Source of the DNA: Leucoraja ocellata
Lineage: Eukaryota
Reading direction: 5' to 3'
Assembly: GCA_036785375.1 (NCBI GenBank)
Contig: JAWMAR010002887.1
Location: 1-64,000, forward strand
Length of the DNA stretch: 64,000 nt
The translations under genes and the position numbers were made by a program. This document shows, one piece after another, positions 23,978 through 37,326 of this stretch; the first letter of the stretch is position 1, and each line of letters starts with the position of its first letter. The notes beneath the pieces were generated by a model that did not search any database, was not told the DNA's origin, and saw nothing but the letters and a program-made list of their open reading frames with translations.

Positions 23978-24854
23978 TCCGGTAGGCGGCGCGACTCTGG
24001 TCAGCAGCGGCCTCTGCAGCCTGTCCGCGTTTTTATTATTTTTTGTCTATGTTTATATGTAGTTTTTGTTATTTTATGTTGGGGTGTGTGTGTGGGGGGG
24101 GGGGTGGGGGTGGGGTGGGAGGGAGGGGGAAACTTTTAAATCTCTCCCTGCACTGGAGACCCGACCTTTTCTCGTCGGGTCTCAGTTGTCGTTGAGGCTG
24201 CAACGAGGAGCGGCCTCCAACAGAAGAAGCCGGGGACTCAGGTGCCGACTCACCTCACCGTCGCGGAGCTGGCCGAGACCGGAGCGGGTGGAGCGGTGGT
24301 GGAGCGCTGCCGCTGCTGCTGCCGCTGCTGCTGCTGATGCGGAGGCTGCAACTGCGGGTCTGCGGACGGCGGCACCGGGAGCCCGCGGATCCCTGGAGGG
24401 AGACCGCTTTTCAGGGCTCCTGCAACGGCGACTTCCCCCGCCCGAGTTGCGGGGTTGAAGAGCTCCTGGAGCGGGGCCTACATCACTGCCCTGCGCGGCT
24501 TGGAATGGCCGCGGGACTCTGCGAGCGCACGCCGGGGTCTCTAACACCAAGACCCGGTGTGCGACCTCGCACCACCCGGCGTGGCTTTAATGGCCGCGGG
24601 ACAATCGCCATCGCCAGCCGGGGGCTTTGGCTTTGACTCTGACATCGGGGGGGGGGGAGAATGCAGTGGAGAGATAAGTTTTTTTGGCCTTCCATCACAG
24701 CAATGTGATTGATGTTTATGTAAAATGTAAATTATGTTGTGTCTGGGGTCTATTTGTGTGTAATGTATGGCTGCAGAAACAGCATTTCATTTGGACCTCC
24801 AGGGGTCCAAATGACAATTAAATAGACTATTGACTATTGACTATTGACTATTGA
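23978..24854 (+). mobile_element. GC/CpG-rich non-autonomous retroelement (copy 1), inserted in a Rex1/Babar 3' fragment
   Basis: Colinear with 61077-61923 and with 50529-51062 (reverse orientation). The 3' end atttcatt-stem-loop-atgacaattaaa is followed by a (GACTATT)n tail. Confidence 0.75.
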
Positions 24855-25699
24855 CAAAGAGATAGATAATAGTTCAGCATTGCTCTCTGGCAGTGGTAAG
24901 ATCTCAGGTGCCTGATAACAGCTTCCACAATTCTTGTACTTAAGTATGCTTGTGCCTATGTATTGTAGAATTTTTACTGAACTGTATGCAAAAAAGGAAT
25001 TTCACAAAGTATAATTGGACCTCTCCCTGCCTGTACTGACTTTAAGAATTACTGATCCAAACTCTACCTTCCCATCACTCCTTCCAATTTCTGACTCACT
25101 ATTCTGGTTCCCACCCCCGCTATTTCTCTAATTTAAATCTTCCCAAGTTGCACTAGTTGCAACGATATCGGTCCCCCCCAGTTCAGTTGCAACGCTCCCC
25201 TCTTGTACAAGCTACATCCACCCCATAATAGTTCATTCAGTTCAATTGCAATTAGAGTTGGGCAGTAAATGGTGGCTTTTCCAGTGAAAGCACATTTCTC
25301 TCACACTTAGAGACTACTTATTTCCAATTTCATGGAGGATTTCTGCAGCTACCAGTGTCAGTCCATCTGCCCTCCAAAATGGTATTTAGTTTACGATCAC
25401 ATAACGTGCTGCCTGCGCTGTGGATTCTCTTACCATTGTAGTACATAACAACGATGTCCTCTCTTTGCTACCACTTTGTTCTTTTAATTTCTCAGCCCAA
25501 TAAGTGTCTTGCCTTATCGCATTTCACATCCTTATTTAGATTTAATCATCTATTTTTATCCTCAGCAGTGTGTGCTTCATCTGATGGATGAGACACCCCA
25601 ATTATTTTTCTTTATAGACACCCACTCTTCCCCACTGTATACATTTAAAGGAATTTTCAGTCTGCTGTGATACATTTTCCACAGTCTCAAGAATACAGG

Positions 25700-25998
25700 T
25701 GACATAGTGGCACAGTGGTAGAGTTGATGCCTTACAGTGCTACAATCCTGTCTACAGGTGCTGTCTGTATGGAGTCTGTATGTTCTCCCTGTGACCGTGT
25801 GGGTTTTCTCCAGGTCCTCCAGTTTCCTCCTACGCTCCAAAGACTTACAGGTTTGTAAGTTAATTGGCTTTGGTAAACATTGTAAACTCTCCATAACGTG
25901 TAGGACAATGCTAGTGTATAGGGTGATCGTTGGTTGGCACGAACTCGGTGGGCTGAAGGGCCTTTTTCTACGCTGTATCTCTAACATCTAACGTCTAA
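25700..25998 (+). mobile_element. HE1-like V-SINE
   Basis: tRNA-like head (gtggcacagtggtagag), V-domain ttctccc.gtg...ggttt.ctcc...ccaaagac...gttaattgg, and CR1-like tail gggctgaagggcct...tgtatctctaa. Confidence 0.8.
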
Positions 25999-27280
25999 AG
26001 GCAGAGTGGGCGAGCCTTTGATAATACTTGCATATTGAAAACACTGGTCTTTTCATCCCAGTCACCAGGCACCTTCCTGGGCAGATACCAGATATGAAGC
26101 TTAAATCAAACTCCCCATCAATTGATATACATCAAATACTATCCTGATGGAGACCTTGAATGGAATGGAGAGATACAATTTTTCTACCTTCTCTATAATT
26201 TACTCAGTTTTCATCCACCATTTCTTTGATATAATCATTCGGATTAAGTTTGACCAAATTTCTCTTGTCCTAGCCCCTACAGGAACATTGCTTCAGTCTG
26301 AGGCCTGGCAGATTTGCATTGAACAGATGATTTCATGACTCTATAAGTATAACCGGAAAATAGCAAAAAATTGTGCACTTTTACTGGTGTGAAAATTCCT
26401 CTCTCAATATTGTTTTATTAGAATAGTAAATTAGGTGAGTTTGATATTCAAATAAAGATTTTTACAAAACCCTTTCTCTGTACCAATAGGCAGATCTAAA
26501 TGTAAACATATTGGTGCTCACTCCTAATTTTCTTCCATTTTCTCCTTCTTATTCCAAACCTTTGATGGTTGTATATTCCTATACCAAATTGTCTGTCGTC
26601 TTCCCACTTTTCTCAAGTTCAGCATTATCATGATCCTCATATATTATAAAATGCTCTGAGACATCTTCTTATAGTCTTCTAATAAAGCAAATGGTTGTTA
26701 CAGTTGTTTGAGCTCTCTCCCAAGCTAAATGAGCCAAAACTGCCTTCCCCAATTTCAATATGTTCTTAGATTACTTTTCAAATAGACACAGTAATTGCAA
26801 TAGAATTGTCATAAAAAGCACATCAGTCAAATTTAGATAGCAAGGAACATAAAAATAACACAACCAGATCCAAAGCTGAATTGTGCAGGAAATTAATAAT
26901 TACATAATAATGCCGCTTCTTCCTCACTTTTATTTTTTTTAATTTTCTTATAGGATATGGCTTTTTCGAGAAAGCTGATAATTTATTGCCCATCTCTTAA
27001 TTACCCTTCGGAAAAATAGTGGTGAGCTGCCTTCTTGAATGACTGCATTTTACGTGATAATGGTTTTAGCATTTTTGTGTAGCCGTGTCTCTTCCTGAGC
27101 CATTTCAGAGAGTAGTTAAGAATAAATTAAAGTGCTCTGGCTCTCGAGAGCATGAGGATGCCATACCGCTTAAAAATGGCAGTTTTCCTGTCACTTTGAC
27201 ATCATGGAACTAGCTACGATCCTTATAATGATACTTTTTTGATCATCTTTATTGCTAGCAGATTTTAATTACAGATTTAG

Positions 27281-27520
27281 GGGTGGCACAGTGGTGTCGA
27301 CAGTAAACTCACAGTGCCTCACAGCTCCAGCGACAATACAATGCAATACAATACAATGCAATTTATTTGGTTCAAGGTTCAATCCTAACCTGAAGTGTTA
27401 TCTATGTGCAGTTTACGTGTTCTCCCTGTGACTGTAGAAATTTCCTCTCGGAACACAACTATCCTCCCACATCCCAAAGACTAGCAGTGTGGCAAGTTAA
27501 TTGGTTGCCGTAAATGATGA
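27281..27520 (+). mobile_element. Degenerate V-SINE
   Basis: A-box and B-box-like head plus ctcccacatcccaaagac...gttaattgg. Confidence 0.65.
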
Positions 27521-28069
27521 TTGGATGCATGAAAATATTTATTTTTAAACTTTAGTGCAGATATAACTAATGAAACACTTGTTCTGTTCCAAATGGAATG
27601 GTTTGAATTTAATCTTATACTGCCTAATCCAAGAGGAAAGATACATGCAGTTGGAAGCTTGGTTGATATGAGAGCACAATCTCAATAAGACTCTTTCAAG
27701 GCAGTGACATTTAGTTTCAATCTCATTGGAGAGAAACTAATAACGAGACATGCAGACAGGTAAATGTCCCAAGTCGATTGAATGTCAATCAGAAGTTTGT
27801 CACTAATCTATTTTTTGTTCGAGTTGGAGATATTAAAGAGCTGCCAGTATTCCTTTGATATTTTGCATTCATCCAGTTTTCCACTTCTTGAAGCAAATAA
27901 TGGACGTTTCCAAATATCGGGATCTCAACATTAAAGGGATTATTTCTTCTCTCCAATTTACTGCTTGGTGTGTCATTGCCATTGATGAAAAACAAGTTTA
28001 TTCAGGCTGTCTAGCACAAACACACATATCTCGCACAGCTATCTTGGCAACATCTCCTCCCACCCTAAC

Positions 28070-28420
28070 TCTTGCCTGAACACATACATTTTCTCTGTCT
28101 CTGCCTCATCTGCTCCAAAAATGAGGATTTCCACTCCAGGTGACCTATTTATTTCAGTAAATGTGATTTATCCCTGCTATTGTGGATGGAGCCCTCACCC
28201 ATGTCTTCTTCATGTTCTGCCCTAGCACCTCCTGCACCCGGATGGAAAAAGGATATTGTTCCTTCGGTCCGCACCTTTCACCCCACCAGCCTCCGCATCC
28301 AACACATCATTTCCCAACATTTCTGCCACCATCAAAGAGATCCCACCACCAGTTACAGTTTCCCATCCCCACCTCTTTCTGCCATTGGGTGAGACTACTT
28401 CCTCCCGCAGCATTTGTTTT
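28070..28420 (+). mobile_element. Penelope-like fragment
   Basis: TFHPTSLRIQHIISQHFCHHQRDPTT..FPSPPLSA is homologous to the ORF at 38314-39054. Confidence 0.75.
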
Positions 28421-28569
28421 ACTCATCCATTCGTATCCGATCCATAAGTATCCATAACATTAAATTCTCCAATTTCATGTATTACCCCACTAAGCCCCCT
28501 CTCTTTCACCTCCCCTGGTGTGCAGACATTTCTCCTGCCCTCGTGCAACTGGGCCATTGTAGCCATTAT

Positions 28570-29870
28570 GGAAACCTGGCTAGGAGTGGGACAGGACCAG
28601 CAGCATGATGTTCCAGGGTATTCTTTCTCCAGGAGAGATAAGAGTTGGGGGTAAATGAGAAGGGGATATTGCTTTATTGATTAAGGAGAACGTCATGGCA
28701 AGAGTCCTTGATGACCTTACCGATGGTTTGTCCAGTGAGATTATATTGGTGGAGCTGAAAAATAAAGAAGAGATGAACACCTTGTGGGGAGGGTACTTTA
28801 CGCCCCCAAATAGCATACAAGAATTAGAAGATTAAATATGCTGGGAGGTTGCAGGCAACTGCAAGACAAATAGGGTTATTATAGAATGGGTGTTTAACTT
28901 TCCAATATTGAATGGTACTGTTATAGTACCAAGTGCTTAGACGGGGTGGAATTTGTCTAATGTGTCCCAGAAAGTTTCCTCAGGCAGTATGTAGAGGTCC
29001 CTATAAGGGAGGGAGCAAATCTGGATCTACTCTTAGGAAATTGGGAAGGACAAGATTCAAGATTCAATTTAATTGTCACATGTACCAATTAAAGTACAGT
29101 GAAATTTGAGTTACCATGCAGCCCTCTTGTTCGAATGATCAAAACTCCGGTGTTGGGGTGGTTCGGAACACTCGAGGCGAGTCGGCTGCTTCTTACCGGA
29201 GACCACTGCTTCACGGTGCTAAAGTCCCCAGGCCCTGCGATCGTAGCTCCTACACTGGTGATCCTCGGCAAAAGATCCGCGATGGTAAGTCTGCGCTGCA
29301 CCCCGCGGCTTGAAGCTCCGGGCCGCTCTCCAGGAAATGTGCTCCACGTTGCCGGCTGCGGGGGAGGGGGGGGGGGGCGGTGCCAGAGATGCGACACGGA
29401 GAGAAATTGCATCTCCGTCGAGGTGACTGGAGAAAGTTTCTCCCTATCCCCCCTGCACCCCCCACATAAAACATACCAAGACACATTAAAACAAACATTC
29501 AAGCCATACTTAAAATTATAAAAATAGAGACAGACTGCTGTTGAGGCGGTCATTACAGGCGCCACCCAGTGGCAAGTGACTGAAGTGTTGATGGGCAAGC
29601 CTTCTGTGACCAGTGGACAGCTTAAAACAATGATAGATAAAGACAGGGCAGGCCTACATGTTAATGGTCCAAATTGGGGCATTAATAGGAACCTGAGGGG
29701 CAGCACAGAGGAAGATGGATATCTAGATTCAGCTGTCAGCATAGGTATTTGAGGCAGGTACTAAAACAACATTTAAAGGTACATGGAAAGGAAAGATTGA
29801 GAGGGATATGGGCCAAATGTGGGTAGATGGGACTAGTGTAATGAGGCATCTTGGTCGGCATTCTACGAGA
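28570..29870 (+). mobile_element. CR1 endonuclease-region fragment, interrupted at ~29053-29568
   Basis: APE-domain-like residues (GVFNFP, FLRQYVEVP.REGANLDLLLGN) continue after the insert (QVTEV); CR1 tail near 29750-29870. Confidence 0.65.
29053..29568 (-). mobile_element. Second GC-rich non-autonomous retroelement (related architecture)
   Basis: GC head, T-rich tract, G-tract and CpG-rich body. The tail ggctgc..aaatttcactgtac..gtacatgtgacaattaaa is followed by (TTGAATC)n. Confidence 0.6.
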
Positions 29871-30996
29871 TGTTTAATTTTGTGACATAAGGTACCGGTT
29901 AAATACAAAATTCCCTCCAATAACCTCATCCAGTAGGGATATGTAATTGAAAGAGATGGTCCATCATTTTGGTCTATAGCCCATGATGGTATTCAGGCTC
30001 TGCCAGTTGCCTGGGAACTACTTTATTAACAAGCCTCCAGCCTGTTTTGATCAGTATCTGTAAATCTAACAATTCCTGATTTGAATATCCTCAATGGTTG
30101 GTCCTTCATGGCCTTCTTGGTTAGCAAATGTCAAGGATTCACTACTCCATGGATGAAGTAAAAATTATATCTGTCCTAAATGGATCACCATTTACTTTTC
30201 AATTGTGGCTCCTAATACCCATCAAAGGTTTTATATACCAGTCACAAGAGGGAAATGCTAAGCCTTTGAACTATGTATTTAATTAAATAGTTAATGTAAA
30301 ATAATAAGCTACAGGTGTTAGAAATCCGAAGAATGTCAGAATATCCTAGAAATATTCAACAGATTATGTAAACTCTGCAGAGAGAAAAAGAAGCTGAATA
30401 TGTCAGAATTAGAAAATGTTTGAAAAGTTACTGGATTAATTAGGGTTTAGATATAGGATGGAAATGGAACAAAGGATAAAGGGATGGAAGGCAGAAATGA
30501 TAAACCAACAAAAGACAATAAAATGTGTCCTTCTTTTGGAATATTAGAGTTTTTTTAATTAGAGTTTTTAATAAATAAATCTTTCTAGCCTGAATCAAAT
30601 CTTTGCTGATTTAAGTAATTGAGTGGGAGATGTTATTTCATTTTCAATGTAAACCTGAATGGCAGAATGTTAGTTCATTGTTAGCTTGACTCTTACAGTA
30701 GAAAATTTGCACACAAGGTCAGGTTTCTTGTCATCGATGTAAATTTGCATTTGGAAGATTATTTCTTGGTGTTCAGTGCATTAGACCTAATCCAGAAGAA
30801 GCCCGAATCACAGAGCAAGTTTTATTTCCTCTGAACTAGAGAGCACTTCCAATCCTAAGAAAAGGAAGTCATTAGAACAGGGTAAGGTAACAGTAGATTA
30901 GAATAACCAGTGATCAGGTGAAGAAGAAAAACAACTTCTGGATGTCAGTATACTCATTTTTTAACTTGGTATGTGACTGGAAATGTTAGTTTACAT

Positions 30997-31375
30997 GGTT
31001 GAGGGGGGACCTCATTGAAACGCACAGACTAATGGAAATCATAGAAAGAGTGGATGTGGAAAGGATATTTCCACTGGTGAGAGAGTCTAGGACCAAATGT
31101 CATAGCCTCAGAATTAAAGGGCGCTCTTTTAGAAATGGGGCGAGGAGGAATTTATTTATTCAGAGGGTAGATCATCTTTGGAAATCATTGCCAAGTCATT
31201 GCCAGGCCAAGTCAGTAGATATGTTTAAGGCAGAGATAGACAAATTCTTGATTAGAACGGGTGTCAAAGATTATGGGGAAAAGGCAGGGAAATGGGTTTA
31301 TGAGGCAGAGATCAGCTATGATTGAATGGCAGAGTTGACTAGATGGGCCGAATGGCCTAATTCTACTTCTATAAC
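30997..31375 (+). mobile_element. CR1 3' fragment
   Basis: RGDLIETH...FPLVRESRT..HSLRIKGRSFR, plus the CR1 3' UTR. Confidence 0.85.
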
Positions 31376-31731
31376 TTGAACTTTTGTGAACATGAATTAT
31401 TATCATCAATCCTTCTGATGAAAGGTTTTTGACTTGAAATCTTAACTCGATAGATCTTTCCCCAGGTGCTGACTGACCTACTACGTGTTTCCAGCTTTTC
31501 CTTTATTTCAGATTTCCACAACCTGCAGGTTTAGATTTTAATGTTATAAGTGAACTAATATTTGAAATTTGCCCTTAGTGCAAAACATTTTCTTTAGCAA
31601 CCAATGTATCTATTAATTTTTGCCAGTTCTTTTCAGAGTAGATATAGTATTGACAGAAATGAATCCAGTCAGAGAGAATGGGACAATTTAGATATGCCTC
31701 TGCCTCCAATGCACGAGCCACAGGGAATTAA

Positions 31732-31805
31732 TCAGACATGCTCCTGGAAATCATCAGATGCTCCTGGAAATCATCAGACATATTCCTGGAATTCAAGATG
31801 CTCCG
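31732..31805. repeat. Short tandem repeat (~20-22-bp unit, ~3.5 copies)
   Basis: tcaga(ca)tgctcctggaaatca is repeated. Confidence 0.8.
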
Positions 31806-32389
31806 AGGAGATTGCAGTTGCAAATATATTTAGATAAGAGCAACTTCAGAAAATGAGGTTGCTCTCTGTAATCAAAAGAGAACCCCAGGCAGTCACAAAT
31901 TGGAAAAGTTGCGCATTCTTTAACCTTTCAGTGTTTAATCATTAAATCATGGAAGGTCATTCAACCATTCAAACCTGTTTCAACATTCAATTAGATTATG
32001 TGTGATTTTCATCTTGACTCCGTTTATATATCTTGGTTCCCCAATACTTGATACAAGGGCCTAAAATATTAATCTAATTTTTTATCAATTCAGAGGGTCA
32101 AGCTCTAATTTTAGGTTTGCATCCTCTTTATGTAATTTACTGGCTAGTGTGTTTCTCATCTCCAATCCCATCAAATAATTTAATTACCATTAATTCTTTA
32201 ACCGTTAAATTTTCAAACAGATTTGTCATAAATGATTGAGGAAAGCTAAGACTAAAACTAACTCATCTAACCTCTCCCCATTATTCCTTTATCATTTGTA
32301 GACTTAGTTTTTCCTTCTTTTATTCAATAGATTGTAAATTTGAAACCTAGGCAAACAGCTGGTTTGAGTTATATGGGTGGACAGTTAAA

Positions 32390-32692
32390 GGGTGACACGG
32401 CAGTAGAGTTGCTATCTTACAGCGTCAGAGACCCGTGTTTGATCCTGACTACGGGTGTTGTCTGTACGGAGTTTGTATATTCTCCCCGTGACCTGGGTGG
32501 GTTTTCTCTGGGTGCTCTAGTTTCCTCCCACACTTCAAAGACGTACAGGTTAATTGGCTAATTGGCTTTGGTAAAATTGTAAATAGTCCCTAGTGTGTGT
32601 AGGGGTAGTGTTAGTGTGTGGAAATCGCTGGTCGGCACGAACTCGGTGGGCCAAAGGGCCTGTTTCCATGCTGTATCTCTAAACAAAACTAA
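32390..32692 (+). mobile_element. HE1-like V-SINE
   Basis: Same head, V-domain and CR1-like tail as the other copies. Confidence 0.85.
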
Positions 32693-34079
32693 AGTTATGG
32701 TAGTCCAATTCATAAATCAATCACAGTGAATAACAACAACTTGAATTTATGCAATAATTTAATGAAGCAAACCGAGGCACCTTACAGAAGTGATATCAAA
32801 CCATGTCACATAAGGAGGAATTAGGACAAAGTAAATAAAAGCCTGGTGAAAGAAGAAGAAACTGGCAAAGAGGTAAAATGCTTCAGGAGGGAATTCCTGA
32901 GCTGAGAGTCAAGACAGCAGAAGAATCCTCAGCAAGTTGTAGGGGACATGAAAGTCGGGGTTGGAGTTTCCTGTTTTACTATTTATTTTTCACTTGCTTT
33001 CTTAGATACGAGTACACTGCATGGCAACAAGATTCAAGTGGAATTGACATTTGTAAGTACACGCAGTAGGCTCTGCACGAAAATATCTGCAACTCATGAG
33101 GCATTTTGCTTTTATATATCCTGACATGAGGTTTTCTTTACACTCGTTATTATTCCTTTTACAATATCCTTTGTGAATTATCTTTCAGTTTATGTCTTTC
33201 TAGTCTATCCTCTGCTGCAGAAAGAGTGTTGTACTGGTATAGTGCCTTTCATGACCTTCACAGTCAATGAAGTTCTTTGAAATTCAGTCAGAATTGTCCT
33301 GTCGGAACCGTGACAGCTTTTCAGAAGAAATATCTTGAACTTACAGAAGGAGTAGAGTCCAAATTGACAGTCCCTGTGTTGAACTTTGAACAGCTGATCT
33401 GTGTATGAAGGTCTGAATCCATCTCCACCAATTAAAATACCTGATTGTGTAGTTATGTGAAAGACAATGATTGTAATTTAGAACAATTGAACTAATCAAT
33501 TTTATTTTGTAATTAAAATCATGTTTGTAATGTTCTGTGAAATTGGGCAAATGCACTTTAAAAAGATACAAATGGATAGAATGTGCTGAAGATATAACAG
33601 TATGAATACTGTTAAAAAGTCAAAGATTTATGGAAACATGTCCTTCGGCTTACCATGCCTCTGCTGCCCATCAAACAGCCTTTTACACATGTCCCAACTT
33701 CTTATTTTCCCTTGTTCCCATCAACCATCTGCAGATAATACCACACACATGCAAACTCCACACATACAGCACTGGAGTTTAAGTGGGAATCTGAATAATT
33801 GGACCTGTTAGGCAGCAGCTCTACTGGCAACACCAATGTGTTATACATATGAAGATCAGTCAGAAGACTTCTGAAGAAGAGGTTGTATGAGTTGCAGATC
33901 ACCACGTACTCATGATCAATGTGTGCTATACCACCAGAAGCTTTACAAAAAAACAGTTTATTTTGTTGTCAATTCCACTTTTCCTTTCTCTTTTCATTCT
34001 ATTCAAAACACCTTGTTTTCACTCTTTGTTTTTCCCTTCTGTACCTGTTTGATTTTGAATTTGCCATCGCTATTAGAGC

Positions 34080-34382
34080 GTCATGGTGGCATAGTAGTAG
34101 AGCTATTACCTTACAGCATTGGAGATCTGGGTTTGATCCTGACTACAGGTGCTGTGTGTAAGGAGTTTGTATGTTCTCCCTGTGACCTGCGTGGGCTTTC
34201 TTTGAGATTTTCGGTTGCCTCCCACAATCCAAAGATATGTAGGTTTGTAAATTAATTGGCTTGGTCTAAATGTAAATTGGCTTTAGTGTGTGTAGGATAG
34301 TGTTAGTGTGTGGGGATCGCTGGTTGGTGCAGTCTCGGTGGGCCAAAGGGTCTGTTTCTGTGCAGTATCTCTAAACACTAAC
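34080..34382 (+). mobile_element. HE1-like V-SINE
   Basis: Same head, V-domain and CR1-like tail as the other copies. Confidence 0.85.
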
Positions 34383-35096
34383 CTTTAAACATTGTGTTCT
34401 TGCTCTGTTTTCTTTCTTTCTCATTCCTTAAGTTTCATCTCTGAAGCAGGCATAGTGTTATTCCTGTTGTTGACCAAGATCACTAAAAGCTCCTTTGCTG
34501 TTCACATAACTGCGATCAACCTGTTCTCCCAGAAGATGTGAATGAAAAAGATTTTTGAACTGCAGGTTGCAGCATTAACTTAAGATGTGCAGTAAGATGT
34601 AATAAAAACAGAAATAGCTGTAAATAGTAAGGTCTGGTGATATCGATAGAAAGAAAAATAGAATTAACATATCAAATTGAGGACATTTTGTCACAAGATG
34701 AAAAAAAAAGATTTTAAAAAAAGCTCATTTTAAGTTGCAAAGAAAATGGTGGGAATGATGGATAGGACAAAGAGAATATTTATGATTGGATGACAAAGAG
34801 ATGCAATGGGATAAGCTTGGGACAATGGGTTAATCAGGACAGTTGGAGAGCAAGAATACAAAACGAAGGAGTGCAAAATTTTGTAAAATGCAGGACTGCA
34901 GGAAATGTCCAGAAAGTTAGCTCTACAAATGGAGATAAATTTGTACATCTGAGAATCGAATATTTCATCCACAAGCCTGAAACATATCTCCAAATAAATG
35001 CGGTATGATTTATCCTACTGCATTAGGTCTTGTTATAAGAGTGCGGGAGGACACCAAGAGTCGGAATGTGATGGACAATTAAAGCAAATGCAATGG

Positions 35097-35410
35097 GGCA
35101 GCACGGTGGCGTAGAGGTAGAGTTACTGCCTTACAGCGCAAGAGACCCAGGTTCGATTCCGACTACGGGTGCTCTCTGTACAGAGTTTGTACATTCTCCC
35201 CGTGACCTGGGTAGGTTTTCTCCAAGATCTTCGGTTTCCTCCCACAGTCCAAAGATGTACAGGTTTGTAGGTTAATTGGCTTGGTATAAATGTATAAAAG
35301 TAAATTATCCCAAGTGTGTGTAAGATAGTGTTGGTATGCGGGATTCGCTTGGCTGGCGCAGACTAGGTGGGCCGAGGGGCCTGTTTCCGCACTATATCTC
35401 TAAATTTAAC
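35097..35410 (+). mobile_element. HE1-like V-SINE, inserted in a degenerate PLE fragment
   Basis: ggcagcacggtggcgtagaggtag...ggttcgattcc (Pol III A and B boxes), V-domain and tail. Confidence 0.88.
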
Positions 35411-37027
35411 CAAGCAACAATAAACTCAAGTTTGCCCCACAGACTGAATGCAATGCCATGATCATATTGAATGGCTGTGGTGGTTCGAAGGGCAGAATGG
35501 CATACTCCTGCATCTATTGTCTATTGTCTATTGTCCATAATGCCATTGTCCAGTCTACATATGATTTAACGAATGCAGAGAAGGTCACGTTGTAAAGACT
35601 GTGAGCTATGCCATGGGTTTGAAGTACAAGTAACTTGCCTGGTCACTGGTAGCATATTTTAATCAAAAGACACTGCTAGAAACCCAACGGATCTGGCGGT
35701 ATTTGTGGAGGGAAAAGGGATAGTCAACATTTTGGTTTGAGGTCCTTTTTCCGTCCTCATGTGCGATCTTAATCCAAAATATTGACTGCCATTAGACTTT
35801 GGACTGTTTCTTTGTGCAATCAACGCCAAAATGTAACAAATTGCGCATGTGTAAGCCATGCAAAAAGAATTTCACTGTGCCGTGCATACAGGAAAATAAA
35901 GAACCATTGAACTATAAAAAGGTCCAGAGAGGGTGGATAGCTGGCAGGGAGAGTCCATGAGGACGAGGAATGTGGAGGAATTCCCAGAGTAGGGGGAGGA
36001 AGAGCTCAACATCGTGGCAGGCTTAGTGGTATAAAGGTGAGGCCTCTGCTGAAGAATGACTGCTGTGCATTTGAAAGAGGAAGGTCAGGGTGTATAGTGA
36101 AAACTCCATCTTTGATACTTTCCCCAGTCAACCCATCATTGTGCCCATAATATGGCGAGTGACAGCAACTGATTTTGTGCACATAATTGATATATAATAC
36201 TTTCCTATTTATTGCAGAATTAGTCTTCATATTAACTGGAAGTTGCTGCAGTTTATTTACTCTGTTCTTTAAGTGGACACAGTACATGTTAACATGTCTT
36301 TGTTTGCTGTGCAATAGACAATTTGCTGCGAGTTATTCCTTCAATTTATTTGGTGGACACTATGTTGGAAATATACTTCCTTTTTTTAAATAGTGAGAAT
36401 TTTTGAAGTTTAATTGTTATGCTGCTCATCTGGTGAGCATTTTCTAATTCTTTAAGGATATGTCCAGTGCAGGGAGTTATTAAACAACTTATCAATGTTC
36501 GAAACAGTGGGGAAAATCCATTTCACGGCCGAGTATCATGGAATTTAGCTACTCAGCTTCACAAGAAGATATGGTATGAGTGACCTTTTTCATGAATGCA
36601 GTCAACTAATCATTCATAGAATAAAAATCCGTCCTTTTCACAATAATTGCATCAAAGCCATAGAATTATATTCTATAGACCTTCAGAAACTGGTAATTCT
36701 TTTAGGTATCCAGAAATAATTTCTGAAGATTCCTATCTCCCCACACATGTTATTTAAAGTTAAACTGCGCTTCTTCAAAAGTGCATCAATTTGTTTTTCT
36801 ATGTATGGGAAACATTTAAAGTGACTGACCTTGAAAGTGGGAAATTACTTTATTCTCTCTAAGTCTAAATCACCCCCTCCTTCCACTTAGCACTCTTCTT
36901 CTCCAACAAAGCCAAGCTAAAACATATTCACATTCCAAAGAAAGCATTAATCTTCACTGACAGTTAAAGCGGATGGATTTGTTGCTTTTTTTTTCAATCT
37001 ATATGCTCTTCTCTGCGGAAGAAAAGG

Positions 37028-37326
37028 TGGTATAGAGGCACAATGGTAGAGTTGCTGCCTTGCAGCACCAGAGAACTGGATTTGATCCTAACTGTGGGTG
37101 CTATCAGTACAGAGTTTTTACGTTCTCCCTGTGACCGCATGGGTTCTCTCTAGGTGCTCCGTTTTCCTCCCACACTCCAAAGGCAAGAGGGTTTGTAGGT
37201 TAATTGGGTTTGATAAAATTGTAAATTGTTCCTAGTGTGTAGGATAGTGCAAGTGATTGGTGCTCAGCCCGGACGCAGTGGGCTGAAGGGCCTGTTTCCA
37301 CGCTGTGTGTCTAAAGTCTAAAGTCT
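37028..37326 (+). mobile_element. HE1-like V-SINE
   Basis: Same architecture as the other copies, with a (CTAAAGT)n tail. Confidence 0.85.

Noticed and set aside
23978-24035. Possible HDV-like ribozyme at the head of the GC-rich element
   Set aside because: I could not build the nested double pseudoknot by eye; a covariance-model search would be needed.
24066-24698. Poly-Ala, Arg/Pro-rich ORFs resembling a transcription-factor exon
   Set aside because: They lie in a multicopy repeat whose copies differ by frame-breaking indels; high GC content explains the open frames.
27560-28020. Unique-looking sequence with 68-74-aa ORFs
   Set aside because: No recognisable motif and no convincing splice boundaries.
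35097-35170. tRNA-like sequence with A and B boxes
   Set aside because: It is a SINE head continuing into the V-domain, not a tRNA gene.
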